NCBI GenBank assembly: GCA_965248835.1
Contig: CBDFLJ010000001.1
Coordinates: 448,001-512,000 of the forward strand
Direction: 5' to 3'
Source: Alphaproteobacteria bacterium
Lineage (GTDB): Bacteria > Pseudomonadota > Alphaproteobacteria > MPNO01
Length of the DNA stretch: 64,000 bases
The translations under genes and the position numbers were made by a program. The stretch's first letter is position 1. Every line of letters begins with the position of its first letter. A model generated the notes under the pieces. That model saw only the letters and a program-made list of their open reading frames with translations, was not told the origin of the DNA and did not search any database. Of the stretch, positions 43,102 through 52,585 are shown one piece after another.

Positions 43102-43697
43102 CGACGAGCTTCGTCTTCCGGCCCCATGTGCACGAGACCGAGATCGTCGCCACCCCCGACCTGCTGATCGACACGCTGGAGGTCGCCCGCGGCAACGCAA
43201 GAAGCCCGGTTCCCGTCGACCGGCTGAGCACGGCGTCCGGGTTCCAGGTGGTCGGGGCCGGAACCGTGGCCGATGCCGCCGTGGCCCTGATCGGCGCCGG
43301 TGGCGGCATGCTGATCGGCGCCGCCTCGGATCATCGGCGCCCCGAAGAGCCATCGGGCGGCCTTGCCTGCGCCAAGCCGGTCTGCCGCGAGGTGTGGCGC
43401 TTTGCCGACATCGCCGATCACGCCGACGCGCTCGTCCTGACCAGTTCGGCCCGGCAGCCGGACGGCACGATGAAAATTCTCCAGCGCGGAGCGGTGGGCG
43501 GGCTGCTGGCGGAAACCGACCTTCCTCTCGGCCGGGCGGTGTTGTGCACGGGGCTCGAATCGAGCGGCGATGCGGGCTCGGATGCATACGAAATCACGCT
43601 CGAGGACCCGATCCTCGGGCGAGCAATCACGCTGCGCTACGGCATTACCGAGCTGGCGGCGGAAAAAGGCGGCGGAGTCCATTCTTCAAATTCATGA
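43098..43697 (+). CDS. DUF2848-like protein (divergent)
   Basis: GAASDH, CAKPVCREVWRFADIADH, LEDPILGRAI; ATGA coupling to the upstream gene. Confidence 0.6.
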   Translation: MTTSFVFRPHVHETEIVATPDLLIDTLEVARGNARSPVPVDRLSTASGFQVVGAGTVADAAVALIGAGGGMLIGAASDHRRPEEPSGGLACAKPVCREVWRFADIADHADALVLTSSARQPDGTMKILQRGAVGGLLAETDLPLGRAVLCTGLESSGDAGSDAYEITLEDPILGRAITLRYGITELAAEKGGGVHSSNS

Positions 43698-43807
43698 TGG
43701 TGCCGCAGAAACGGATTCCGAGCCCTTTCCAGCGGGTTCCACCGGGGGAAATCGACTCCGCCCCCTTTGTCGCAACCCCATTTTCCCGCATCCGTCCGGC
43801 GCGCCCA

Positions 43808-44189
43808 GGACGGCACGCTGTTTGCCGCGGGTTTCTTCTACGACTTCAATGACCAATCTCGGGCGTTCTCCAAGAAGTTCGACGTCGGCGTCAAAAAGCG
43901 CGGCATCAAGCGGCCGTTCCCGCATCACGTCGATGCCCAGGCATACGACATCGTCTATCTGTTCAAGCAGGCTATGGAAAAGGCCGGCGTGACCGGCGAT
44001 CCGGCAAAGCTCAAGGAAGAGCGCACGGCGGTCCGCGATGCGCTCAAGGGCATCGTTTTCACCGGCATCACCGGCAAGAACGTCTGCTTCGATGCCAACG
44101 GCGGCGCCGAGCTGCCCGGCTATATCATCGAAATGAAAGGCGGCAAGTGGACACTGTTCGACCAGCATCCGGCGGATAAGTGCGGTTGA
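43808..44189 (+). pseudogene. C-terminal fragment of a LivJ-type ABC substrate-binding protein
   Basis: AQAYDIVYL, VRDALKG..FTGITG..CFDANG; only ~125 aa, no signal peptide or N-terminal lobe. Confidence 0.65.
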
Positions 44190-44277
44190 ACAAATCGCGG
44201 TAACCAGGCGGAACGATTTCCGCACCGACCACGGGTGAGAAAATCTCTCGGCCGGACGATTCCCGCAGCCGGACCGC

Positions 44278-45582
44278 TCAAAGCGCGCAGGTGCGGAATC
44301 CGGCGAACACGTCGCGGCGCTCGGGCCCGAAATAGTTGCGGTAGGTCGGGCTCGCCATCCGCGCACGCGTCGTCCAGGCGCCGCCGCGCAGCACCTTGGT
44401 GTCGCCGAACAGGGGCTCGGAATATTCCCGGTAATCGTCCGGCGAAAAGCCCGGAAAGGGGCCGAACGTGTCCGAGGTCCATTCCCATAGGTTGCCCAGC
44501 ATCTGGCGGCAGCCCCAGAAGCTGTCGCCGTCGGCATGGGCTGCGACATCGACCGGGCCGAGCGCGAAACCGTCGAGATTGGCATGGCGCGGCTTCGGCG
44601 GCTCTTGCCCCCACGGATAGCGCGCCTTGAAAGCGCCGCGGCCGGGCGTCTCTCGCATCGTGGCGGCGAACTCCCACTCGGCCTCGGTCGGCAGCCTGCG
44701 GCCGGCCCAGCGGCACCAGGCGCTGGCCTCGTGCCAGTTGACGTGGATGACCGGCTCGTCCGGCGGCAGGTCGAGCCATTGGTCGAACCGGCGGATCTGC
44801 CAGCCCGCGGCGGAGTCGGGCCGCCAGAACACCGGGTGGCGGGCTCCGGTCTCGGTCCGCCAAAGCCAGCCGTCGGCACCCCAATAGTCCTGCCGCTCAT
44901 AACCGCCGTCGGCGATGAAGGCGGCGAATTCCGCGTTGGTGACCGGGGCGCGGGACATCCGGAAGGACGCGATCCAGGAATCGTGCGCCCACTTTTCGTT
45001 GTCGAACAGGAAATCAGCATCCGGCGGCGAGCCGAGCGGGAACCATCCGCCCGGGATCTCGGCATCGCCCGCGAGGCCGCCGCACACCGGAACGACGGCC
45101 TCGCGCGGCGTGTCCGGGCGCAGCATCGGGGCGTGGTAGCCATGGGTCTGGCGGGCCCACAGAAACGCCTCGTCGTGCATGTCCTCGTGGAAGGTGGTGA
45201 ACTGGTACAAGAAGCTTTCGCGCGGGTCGGCCATGCCCTCGCCCAATCGGCCGATCAGGGTCTCAAGGACCTGGGCCATATAGGCGCGCATCGCATCCAG
45301 CGGATAGATCGGCAGGTCCCAGCGGGTCTCGTGCGCAATCGCGATCGAATCGTAGAGTATATCGCCGCGTTCGAGCAGCGGTTCGTGGTCATAGGCGCGC
45401 CGCAGGATGAAATATTCGTGGAACCAGGCGACATGGCCCACTTCCCACAAGAGCGGGTTGACGGTCGGAAGCTTGGGCCCGATAAGCTGCTCGGCCGAAA
45501 GCCCGTCGAGCATCTCCATCGAGCGCTGGTGCGCGCTCCGCATCATCGCGGCAAGGCGCTCGGTCGGCACGGCGGCGGTCAT
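44278..45582 (-). CDS. senA: Selenoneine synthase SenA-like (EgtB family, DinB plus FGE-sulfatase domains)
   Basis: [22 protein letters not shown] iron-binding His motif, [23 protein letters not shown]; adjacent to senB and selD. Confidence 0.85.
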   Translation of the reverse strand: MTAAVPTERLAAMMRSAHQRSMEMLDGLSAEQLIGPKLPTVNPLLWEVGHVAWFHEYFILRRAYDHEPLLERGDILYDSIAIAHETRWDLPIYPLDAMRAYMAQVLETLIGRLGEGMADPRESFLYQFTTFHEDMHDEAFLWARQTHGYHAPMLRPDTPREAVVPVCGGLAGDAEIPGGWFPLGSPPDADFLFDNEKWAHDSWIASFRMSRAPVTNAEFAAFIADGGYERQDYWGADGWLWRTETGARHPVFWRPDSAAGWQIRRFDQWLDLPPDEPVIHVNWHEASAWCRWAGRRLPTEAEWEFAATMRETPGRGAFKARYPWGQEPPKPRHANLDGFALGPVDVAAHADGDSFWGCRQMLGNLWEWTSDTFGPFPGFSPDDYREYSEPLFGDTKVLRGGAWTTRARMASPTYRNYFGPERRDVFAGFRTCAL

Positions 45583-45608
45583 TGGGGGTCCACTGGTATC
45601 GAACGGCC

Positions 45609-46565
45609 GTGAATATTAGCCTCGTCACGCCGGCCGGAAAACGCTCACGTGCGGGAAATCGCACCACCGCGGTGCGCTGGGCGCGGATCCTGCGCAGGCT
45701 CGGACACAGGGTGACGATCGCCGAGGCCGATGCGCGCTGCGACGCCGACATGATGGTCGCGGTTCATGCCTGGCGCAGCGCCGCCTCGATCACCCGCTTC
45801 GCCGAGGCTCGTCCCGACAGGCCGCTGGTGGTGTGCCTGGCCGGGACCGACATCTACCGGTTCCTGCACAGCCACGCGGCGGAGACGCTGGCCTCGATGG
45901 ACCGGGCGAGCGCGCTGGTCTGCCTGCACGGCCTGGTCCACCGGGCGTTGCCGCGGCGATTCCACGACAAGCTGCGGGTCATCCACCAGTCGGCGGCACC
46001 GCTCGCCGGTGCGCGGCGGCCCAGCGTGCGGACCTTCGACGTCTGCGTGATCGGCCATCTGCGCGAAGAGAAGGATTCGCTGCGCAGCGCCTATGCGGCG
46101 CGCCTGGTGCCTGAGGGCTCGCGGCTCAGGATCATCCAGCTCGGCAAGGCGCACGACCAGGGCTGGGCCGACACGGCCGCCCGGGAGATGGCGAGCAACG
46201 AGCGCTTCGTCTGGCAGGGCGAGGTTTCCGGCGCTGCGGTCCGGCGCCAGTTCCAGCGCAGCCACGCGATGGTGATCAGCTCGGTGATGGAAGGCGGCGC
46301 CAACGTGGTCTCCGAGGCGATCGTCGGCGGCGTGCCGGTCATCGCCTCGAACATCGAGGGGAATACCGGCCTGCTCGGCGAAGATTATGCCGGCACCTAT
46401 CCGGTGGGCGATACCGAGGCGCTGGCCGCAATGCTCTGGAAGTCCGAGACCGAGACCCGGTTTCTCGCTCGCTTGCAAGCTCAATGCCGCAAGCGTGCGC
46501 CGTTGTTCCATCCCGACCGCGAGCAAGCGGCGTGGCGGGCGCTGCTGGCGGATCTCGGCGGATAA
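45609..46565 (+). CDS. senB: Selenosugar synthase SenB-like glycosyltransferase (TIGR04348-type)
   Basis: VTPA...[38 protein letters not shown]; GTG start at 45609. Confidence 0.87.
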   Translation: MNISLVTPAGKRSRAGNRTTAVRWARILRRLGHRVTIAEADARCDADMMVAVHAWRSAASITRFAEARPDRPLVVCLAGTDIYRFLHSHAAETLASMDRASALVCLHGLVHRALPRRFHDKLRVIHQSAAPLAGARRPSVRTFDVCVIGHLREEKDSLRSAYAARLVPEGSRLRIIQLGKAHDQGWADTAAREMASNERFVWQGEVSGAAVRRQFQRSHAMVISSVMEGGANVVSEAIVGGVPVIASNIEGNTGLLGEDYAGTYPVGDTEALAAMLWKSETETRFLARLQAQCRKRAPLFHPDREQAAWRALLADLGG

Positions 46566-46569
46566 GACC

Positions 46570-48834
46570 TCACAGGCGGATGGTGATCGGCTCGAGCTGA
46601 TTGCCCTGCGGCAGGACCCGCCCGATCTCCGCCGCCCGGAGGTAGCCGAGCCCGCGCAGCGCGGCTACGCACGCCGCCGCGCGCTCGGACGGCACGCCGG
46701 CCAGCAGCCCGCCCGATGTCTGCGGGTCGAACAGCAGCGGATAGCGCGGATCCTTGCCGGCCTCTTCCAGGTTGGCAATCGCCCGGCGCAGCCGAACGTT
46801 CTGAGGCTGCAGCGAGCTCAATATGCCCGCTCGCACAGTCTCTTCCGCGCCTTCCAGGAACGGGATGTCGCCGAGGTCGAGCTCGACATCGACCGCAGAG
46901 GCCCGGATCATCTCCACCAGGTGGCCGAGGAGGCCGAACCCGGTCACGTCGGTGCACGCATGCGCGTCATGTTGCAGCAGGCATTCGGCGCCGGCCCGGT
47001 TGGACTGGGTCATCGAGTCCAGGGCGGCGGTGATCCAGCGGCCCTTGGACTTGTGACGCATGTCGGCGGCGAACAGCGTCCCGGTGCCGACCGGTTTGGT
47101 CAGCACGATCGTGTCGCCGGGGATCAGCCCGCCCTTGCGCATCACGTTATCGCGGTCGATCAGCCCGTTGATCGAGAACCCGAGCGACAGCTCCGCGCCC
47201 TCGCTGGTGTGCCCGCCGACCAGCGCCGCTCCGGCATCGTCGAGCACCTCCGCCGCGCCTGCCATCATCTGGGTCAGCGTATCCTCGACCTTGGTCTCGA
47301 TCCCGAACGGCACGGTGGCGACGGCGAGCGCGGTCTGCGGCTCGCCGCCCATGGCATAGATGTCGCCCAGGCTGTGGTTGGCGGCAATCTTTCCGAACAC
47401 ATAGGGGTCGTCGATCATCGCCCGGAAGGAATCGATGGTCTGGACGACCGCCTTGCCCGGCGGCACCGCGACGACGGCCGCGTCGTCGGGTTCGTGCAGG
47501 CCGATCAGCACATCCTCGCGCGGCACCGGCTTCAGGCCGCTGATCGCACGGCCCAGGACGGTCGCGCCGACCTTGGCGCCGCAGCCGCCGCAGCGCATGG
47601 CGATCGCCGAGATTTCCTTGACCACATCGGCGCCGGCGAGCCCGGCCGGTACGTCGGGCGCCTCGTCGTCCTCCATCTCGGGCAGGTCGTTGAACTTGTC
47701 CATGAAACGCCGGTCGATCCAGTCCTTCCAGGTCCAGACGGCGCGGCCCTGGAACGCCCACCATCCGCGCGAGGCGACGGCGTACTTGTCTCCGGTCGAG
47801 ATCAGGCTCAGGAACCGCTTTTGCGGCGCGAACGGACGCGGGGCGCGGCCCAGCAGCATGCGCCGCAGGTTGCGCGCCAGGGGCTTTCCCTGGCGGACGG
47901 CGAAGACGCCGGACTTGGGCCGCCAATGGTTGACCATGCTGGCCAGATCGCCGGCCGCGAACACATCGGGGTGCGAGACCGACTGCAGCGTGTCGCGGAC
48001 CTTGACGAAACCCTGTTCATCGACCTCCAGCCCGGCCTCGCCCAGCCATGGCGGAGCGCCGGCCGCGGTCACCCACAGGATCTCGTCGGCCTCGACCGCC
48101 TCGCCCGCCGCGTTGCACAGCCGTCCGGGCCGGACCTCGACCACAGGCGAGCCGCCATGCAGGCCCACGCCGCGGCGCGCAAGGACCTCGCCGAACGCGC
48201 GGATGACCTTCGCGGGATAGGTCGGCAGGATATCGGGCGTGTCGTAGAGCAGGTGATAGGCGATCTCGCCGTTGCGGCCGGCTTCGGCACGCAGCTTCGC
48301 CAGCCGGTACTGGATCGCCAGCAGGATCTCCACGCCCCCGGCACCGGCACCGACCACGGCGATGCTCATCGGCCCGTCGCGGCTCGCCGCCCGCCTCGCC
48401 AGGGCCTCCCAGCGATCGAGAAAGAGGTTGATCGGTTTCACCGGCACCGCTGTCTCGGTGGCACCCCTCACATCGGCGGTGCGCGGCGTCGAGCCGGTGT
48501 TGAGCGACAGCAGATCGAACGGCACCGCCGGCCGGTTGTCGCAAATGACCCGCTTTTGGGACAGGTCGAGCCCGGTGACCTCGCTGTGGAAGAACCTTGC
48601 ATTGGCGAATCGGGCCAGCGCGCCGAGATCGATATGGACGTCATCGAAGCTGTAGTGGCCAGCCACGTAGCCTGGCAGCATCCCCGAATAGGGCGTATGG
48701 ACGTCGCGGCAGATCACCGTCAGCCGGACGCCCGGGATCGGCTTCATCCCGAACCGCCTAAGGACCGCGACGTGGCTGTGCCCGCCGCCGATGAGCACCA
48801 GGTCCTTGATGACCGGGATGTCTGAACGCTTCAT
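46570..48834 (-). CDS. selD: Selenophosphate synthetase fused to an N-terminal FAD-dependent pyridine nucleotide-disulfide oxidoreductase domain (SenC role)
   Basis: LIGGGHSH and GAGAGGVE Rossmann motifs; MRCGGCGAKVG, DDAA, DIYAMG, GGHT, TDVTGFGLLGH, DPQTSGGLL. Confidence 0.93.
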   Translation of the reverse strand: MKRSDIPVIKDLVLIGGGHSHVAVLRRFGMKPIPGVRLTVICRDVHTPYSGMLPGYVAGHYSFDDVHIDLGALARFANARFFHSEVTGLDLSQKRVICDNRPAVPFDLLSLNTGSTPRTADVRGATETAVPVKPINLFLDRWEALARRAASRDGPMSIAVVGAGAGGVEILLAIQYRLAKLRAEAGRNGEIAYHLLYDTPDILPTYPAKVIRAFGEVLARRGVGLHGGSPVVEVRPGRLCNAAGEAVEADEILWVTAAGAPPWLGEAGLEVDEQGFVKVRDTLQSVSHPDVFAAGDLASMVNHWRPKSGVFAVRQGKPLARNLRRMLLGRAPRPFAPQKRFLSLISTGDKYAVASRGWWAFQGRAVWTWKDWIDRRFMDKFNDLPEMEDDEAPDVPAGLAGADVVKEISAIAMRCGGCGAKVGATVLGRAISGLKPVPREDVLIGLHEPDDAAVVAVPPGKAVVQTIDSFRAMIDDPYVFGKIAANHSLGDIYAMGGEPQTALAVATVPFGIETKVEDTLTQMMAGAAEVLDDAGAALVGGHTSEGAELSLGFSINGLIDRDNVMRKGGLIPGDTIVLTKPVGTGTLFAADMRHKSKGRWITAALDSMTQSNRAGAECLLQHDAHACTDVTGFGLLGHLVEMIRASAVDVELDLGDIPFLEGAEETVRAGILSSLQPQNVRLRRAIANLEEAGKDPRYPLLFDPQTSGGLLAGVPSERAAACVAALRGLGYLRAAEIGRVLPQGNQLEPITIRL

Positions 48835-48977
48835 CGCCTCTCCCGGCTGGCCTTCTGGACGGCCAGCGACGATGGATATGCGCGGCTTACCGACAAAAAG
48901 GCAACAGGCGCGGTAAGCGCAGCGATGCCGCGGCGGTTGGAATCGATTCGTTTTGCCAGTCTTGCGGCGTCCGGCCG

Positions 48978-49526
48978 CTACGCGCGCCCGCGCCCGGTCC
49001 AGGGGGTGTGATAGTTCTGCTCGTCATGCTCGATGGTGTTGATGAAGCCGAGTGCTACGGGCCGACCGGCCGCCAGCTCCTCGACCAGGCCGATCAGGTC
49101 GACGCGGCGGCAGAACCGGCGATAGCCGGCCGCCTCATAGGCGGGCCGCTCGGGCAGCGATGTCCCGTAGACGATCACGCCGGAGCCGGGGCGCAGCGCC
49201 TCGGGCACCGAAAGGGCCAAGGGCAGACCCTGGCCGGCGTTATTGCCGAGCGCGAGGAGATCGATGCCCCGGTCCAGTGCCGCCAGCGAGGCGATCAGCA
49301 GGTCCGGCGAGACCCGGTCCCAGTTGCGCTCCTCCCGGTCGGCCTCGGCCGGGGTCAACCGGCCGGGGTAGCCGGCACCGACGCGGTAGACTCCATCGGC
49401 GGCGGTCAGCCGCGCCCAGGGCAAAGGCGGGTCGGCGACGAAAGCGTCGACCGTGACCTCGTTGTCGAGGATCAGCACTCGAAACCGATCGGGAAAGGTT
49501 CGTCGAAGCGCGCGGCCCAGGCTCAT
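48978..49526 (-). CDS. Hypothetical protein
   Basis: 182-aa ORF starting 2 bp after the isochorismatase stop; LGNNAGQGL, FINTIEH; no family recognised. Confidence 0.7.
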   Translation of the reverse strand: MSLGRALRRTFPDRFRVLILDNEVTVDAFVADPPLPWARLTAADGVYRVGAGYPGRLTPAEADREERNWDRVSPDLLIASLAALDRGIDLLALGNNAGQGLPLALSVPEALRPGSGVIVYGTSLPERPAYEAAGYRRFCRRVDLIGLVEELAAGRPVALGFINTIEHDEQNYHTPWTGRGRA

Positions 49527-49528
49527 CG

Positions 49529-50230
49529 CTACGCCGCGGCGGCCGAGCCGGCCTCGGGCGCCAGCAGCTCGTCGATGCATTCATCGACCGTGCGCACGTC
49601 GCCGAAGCTCTGCCAAATGGTGGTCAGCCCGACCAGGTGGTCTTCGTCGTAGCGCGCGGCGTTGGCGTCCGATGCCATCACCACCCGATAGCCGATCATC
49701 ATCGCATCGCGCGCGCTGGTCTCGCAGCAGAAATTGGTCGCCGTGCCGGCGATGATCATGTTCTCGATGCCGCGCGCGGCGAGCCGTTCGTGCAGGTCGG
49801 AAGAGCCCTGGATGAAGGTGCTGAACCGCGACTTGCGAGCGATCAGGTCTTCGGCGCGAACCTCGAGCGCGTCGTAGAGCCTGTGGCCTTCGCTGCCTTC
49901 GGACAGGCCGTCCTTGTGGGCCTTCATCTTCTCCGGAGTGAAGAAGTAATCGTGATAGATCGGCCACTTGCTTTCACCGCCCGGCTCGTCGGCCACCGTC
50001 AGCAGCACCCAGGCGACCACGCCGCCGCGCGCCCGCACCGCATCGGCCAGCCGGTTTATGTTGGGGCAGATGCTGCGCGCGGTCTCGACCTCGGCGACGA
50101 AGAAGTTCTGCATGTCGATGACCACCAGCGCCGTCTTGGCCGGATCGAAGCGGTCGAAGACGTTGAGCTTGCCGCGCTTGGCGATAATCCGTTCGATCAC
50201 ATAGTCGGGAATCTTCAGATCGTGCGGCAT
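49529..50230 (-). CDS. Isochorismatase-family cysteine hydrolase
   Basis: ALVVIDMQN, KSRFSTF, TNFCCETSARDA (D-K-C triad). Confidence 0.92.
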   Translation of the reverse strand: MPHDLKIPDYVIERIIAKRGKLNVFDRFDPAKTALVVIDMQNFFVAEVETARSICPNINRLADAVRARGGVVAWVLLTVADEPGGESKWPIYHDYFFTPEKMKAHKDGLSEGSEGHRLYDALEVRAEDLIARKSRFSTFIQGSSDLHERLAARGIENMIIAGTATNFCCETSARDAMMIGYRVVMASDANAARYDEDHLVGLTTIWQSFGDVRTVDECIDELLAPEAGSAAAA

Positions 50231-50252
50231 CGGCGATGTCCTCGCTTGTGGT

Positions 50253-51389
50253 CTAACCCCAGACCTTATCGGCGACCTCGACCAGCCGGGCGAGCTTTTT
50301 CTTCTCGTCATCGATGGTGAAATGCGTGCCGAAGACGTTGGTCGAGAACCCGCATTGCGGGCAGAGGCCGAGCTGGTCGTGGGCGAGGTGCCTGCCGGCC
50401 TCGTCGATCCGCCGCTCAAGGTCCTCCGCCGATTCGACCGCGGTCTGCTTCGTCGACATCAGCCCGAGCAGCACCGTCTTGCCCTTGGGCACGTGCCGCA
50501 GCGGCGTGAAATCGCCGGCCCGCGGCGTGTCGTATTCCAGCAGGTAGCCGTCGACGTCGATGCGGTTGAACATCGCATCGGCGGCGGGCTCGTAGCCGCC
50601 CTCCGCGCCCCAGTAGGCGTTGAGGTTGCCGCGGCACATGTGAATCGTCGCCACGACGCCGTCCGGGCGCGGGTTGAGGATGTCGTTGTCGACCCTGGCG
50701 TAGCGCTCGATCAGGTCGTCGGGGTCCTCGCCGCGGGCGCGCACCATCTGGCGGTGGCGCTCGTCGCACAGGAAGGCCAGCATGACCTCGTCAAGCTGGA
50801 TGTGCCGGCATCCCGCCTCGACGAGCGCCGCCACTTCGCCACGGAAGGCGCCGACCACGTCGGCCCAGAATTCCTCGGGGTCGGGGTAGACCGCATCGAA
50901 GACCGCGACGTTGCGCAGGAAATGGAGCATCGTCGGCGAGGGCAGGCAGACCTTGGGCGTGACGGTGGCCGCGTCCTTGAGAAATACGAAGGGTGCGGTG
51001 TTGACGCTGCCGCGCGATGCGACCTTGCCGTCGATCCGGGTGGACGGCATCGGGCGCAGGTCGCCTTCGGCGTTGATGAACTTGACCTCCGAACGTCCGT
51101 CATAGCTCACCCCCGTCCCGGTCAGGCTCAGATAGACGTCCGACCACCAACTCCGGCGGCGGAACTCGCCGTCGGTAACGACGTTCAGCCCGGCCTGTTC
51201 CTGCAACTTCACGACATCGCGGATATGGCGGTCCTCGATCTCGCGCAGCGCCGCGTCGTCATGGGCGCCGAGATTGGTGTTCGCATCCTGGGCGCCCAGG
51301 ATGCGGTCGCGGGCCGCGCGCAAGGCTGCCGGCCGCAGCAGGCTGCCGACGTGATCGACGTGAACTCCAAGTCCCTGTTGGCTTGCCAT
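50253..51389 (-). CDS. Cobalamin-independent methionine synthase II family zinc enzyme (MetE C-terminal-domain-like)
   Basis: DHVGSLLRP, TDGEFRR, HMCRGN, LEYD, PQCGF. Confidence 0.9.
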   Translation of the reverse strand: MASQQGLGVHVDHVGSLLRPAALRAARDRILGAQDANTNLGAHDDAALREIEDRHIRDVVKLQEQAGLNVVTDGEFRRRSWWSDVYLSLTGTGVSYDGRSEVKFINAEGDLRPMPSTRIDGKVASRGSVNTAPFVFLKDAATVTPKVCLPSPTMLHFLRNVAVFDAVYPDPEEFWADVVGAFRGEVAALVEAGCRHIQLDEVMLAFLCDERHRQMVRARGEDPDDLIERYARVDNDILNPRPDGVVATIHMCRGNLNAYWGAEGGYEPAADAMFNRIDVDGYLLEYDTPRAGDFTPLRHVPKGKTVLLGLMSTKQTAVESAEDLERRIDEAGRHLAHDQLGLCPQCGFSTNVFGTHFTIDDEKKKLARLVEVADKVWG

Positions 51390-51409
51390 CGGCGGTCTCC
51401 CAGGGAGTC

Positions 51410-52585
51410 TCAGGCGGCGTGTCCCCACAGCGCCCGACCGGCGATCCGCGCGCCCTCGGCCAGGGCCTCGAACTTCGCCCAGACGATGCTCGGATGGACT
51501 TCGGGCGTGGCGCTGGCCTGGGTGCCGAAGCCGCAATCGCCGCCGGCGATGACGTTCTCGCGCCCGACCAGGTTGGCGAAGCGCTGGATGCGCTCGGCGA
51601 TAAGCTCGGGATGCTCGACCAGCACCGAGGAGTGGGTGATCACGCCCGGGATCAGGATCCTGCCGTCGGGCAGCCGAGTGTCTTTCCAGAGCTGCCATTC
51701 ATGCTCGTGGCGCGGGTTCGCGGCTTCGAACGAATAGGCGCCGGCGTTGATCCTGAGCACGATGTCCAGGATCCAGCCGAGCTCGACCTCATGCACCCTG
51801 GGGCCCATGTTGATGCCGTAGCAGGTGTGGTAGCGCGTCCGGTCCTCGGGCACGCCGTCGAGCGCGTAGTTGATCGCCTCGACTTGAGCTTCGACCCACT
51901 TGCGGTAATCGGCCATCTCCAGGCCGGGCGATTTGACGTAATGGGTCACCAGATGCGGGTCGTCGATCTGCAGGATGAACCCGGCATCGGTAATCGCGCG
52001 GTATTCCTGATTCATCGCATCGGCGATCGCGTAGAGGAAGGCTTCCTGCGAGGGGTAATGCTCGTTCTTCTGGTTACCCGCAACGTCGACCGGCGAGATC
52101 GCCGGCACGAACGCCTCCTCCACCCCGCTGGCATCGACCGCCGCACGCAGGTTGGCGAGGTCGCGCGCGAGCTGCGTCTGACCCTTGTATGAGACCGGCC
52201 CGGTGCAGACCAGCTCGTCCACCTGGGGGACCGCGCCCGCGCCGTGCGGCCTCGCCGATTCGTAGAAGGCGGGAAACGCCAGCGCCTCGCGCGTGCCGCC
52301 CCAAGGGATCCCGCGCGGCTTTGGCCTGGCCTCGTAGCCGGCCAGGCGTTCGTTGGCATAGACGCTGAAACCGCGCTTGGAGAACTCGCCGTCATCGACG
52401 ACATCGATGCCGAGCGAAGCCTGCTTGGCGACGACCGCAGCGACCGCTTCCTTCAGCGTCGCCTCGTACGCCGCGCGGTCGATCGCCACCCCGCGGTCCT
52501 CGGCAACGATCGCATCGATCAACGCCGGCGGGCGAGGCAGGCTCCCGACATGGGTGGTGAGGATCCTGTCCGTGCTGCGTCTCAT
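51410..52585 (-). CDS. Second cobalamin-independent methionine synthase II family zinc enzyme
   Basis: THVGSLPRP, DDGEFSK, HTCYG, FEAANPRHEHE, GDCGFG. Confidence 0.9.
   Translation of the reverse strand: MRRSTDRILTTHVGSLPRPPALIDAIVAEDRGVAIDRAAYEATLKEAVAAVVAKQASLGIDVVDDGEFSKRGFSVYANERLAGYEARPKPRGIPWGGTREALAFPAFYESARPHGAGAVPQVDELVCTGPVSYKGQTQLARDLANLRAAVDASGVEEAFVPAISPVDVAGNQKNEHYPSQEAFLYAIADAMNQEYRAITDAGFILQIDDPHLVTHYVKSPGLEMADYRKWVEAQVEAINYALDGVPEDRTRYHTCYGINMGPRVHEVELGWILDIVLRINAGAYSFEAANPRHEHEWQLWKDTRLPDGRILIPGVITHSSVLVEHPELIAERIQRFANLVGRENVIAGGDCGFGTQASATPEVHPSIVWAKFEALAEGARIAGRALWGHAA

Noticed and set aside
40420-43587. Very long alternative-frame ORFs (1055 aa here; also 52813-55608, 46387-48825, 10430-12457)
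   Set aside because: Antisense or off-frame shadows of well-supported genes, expected in high-GC DNA.
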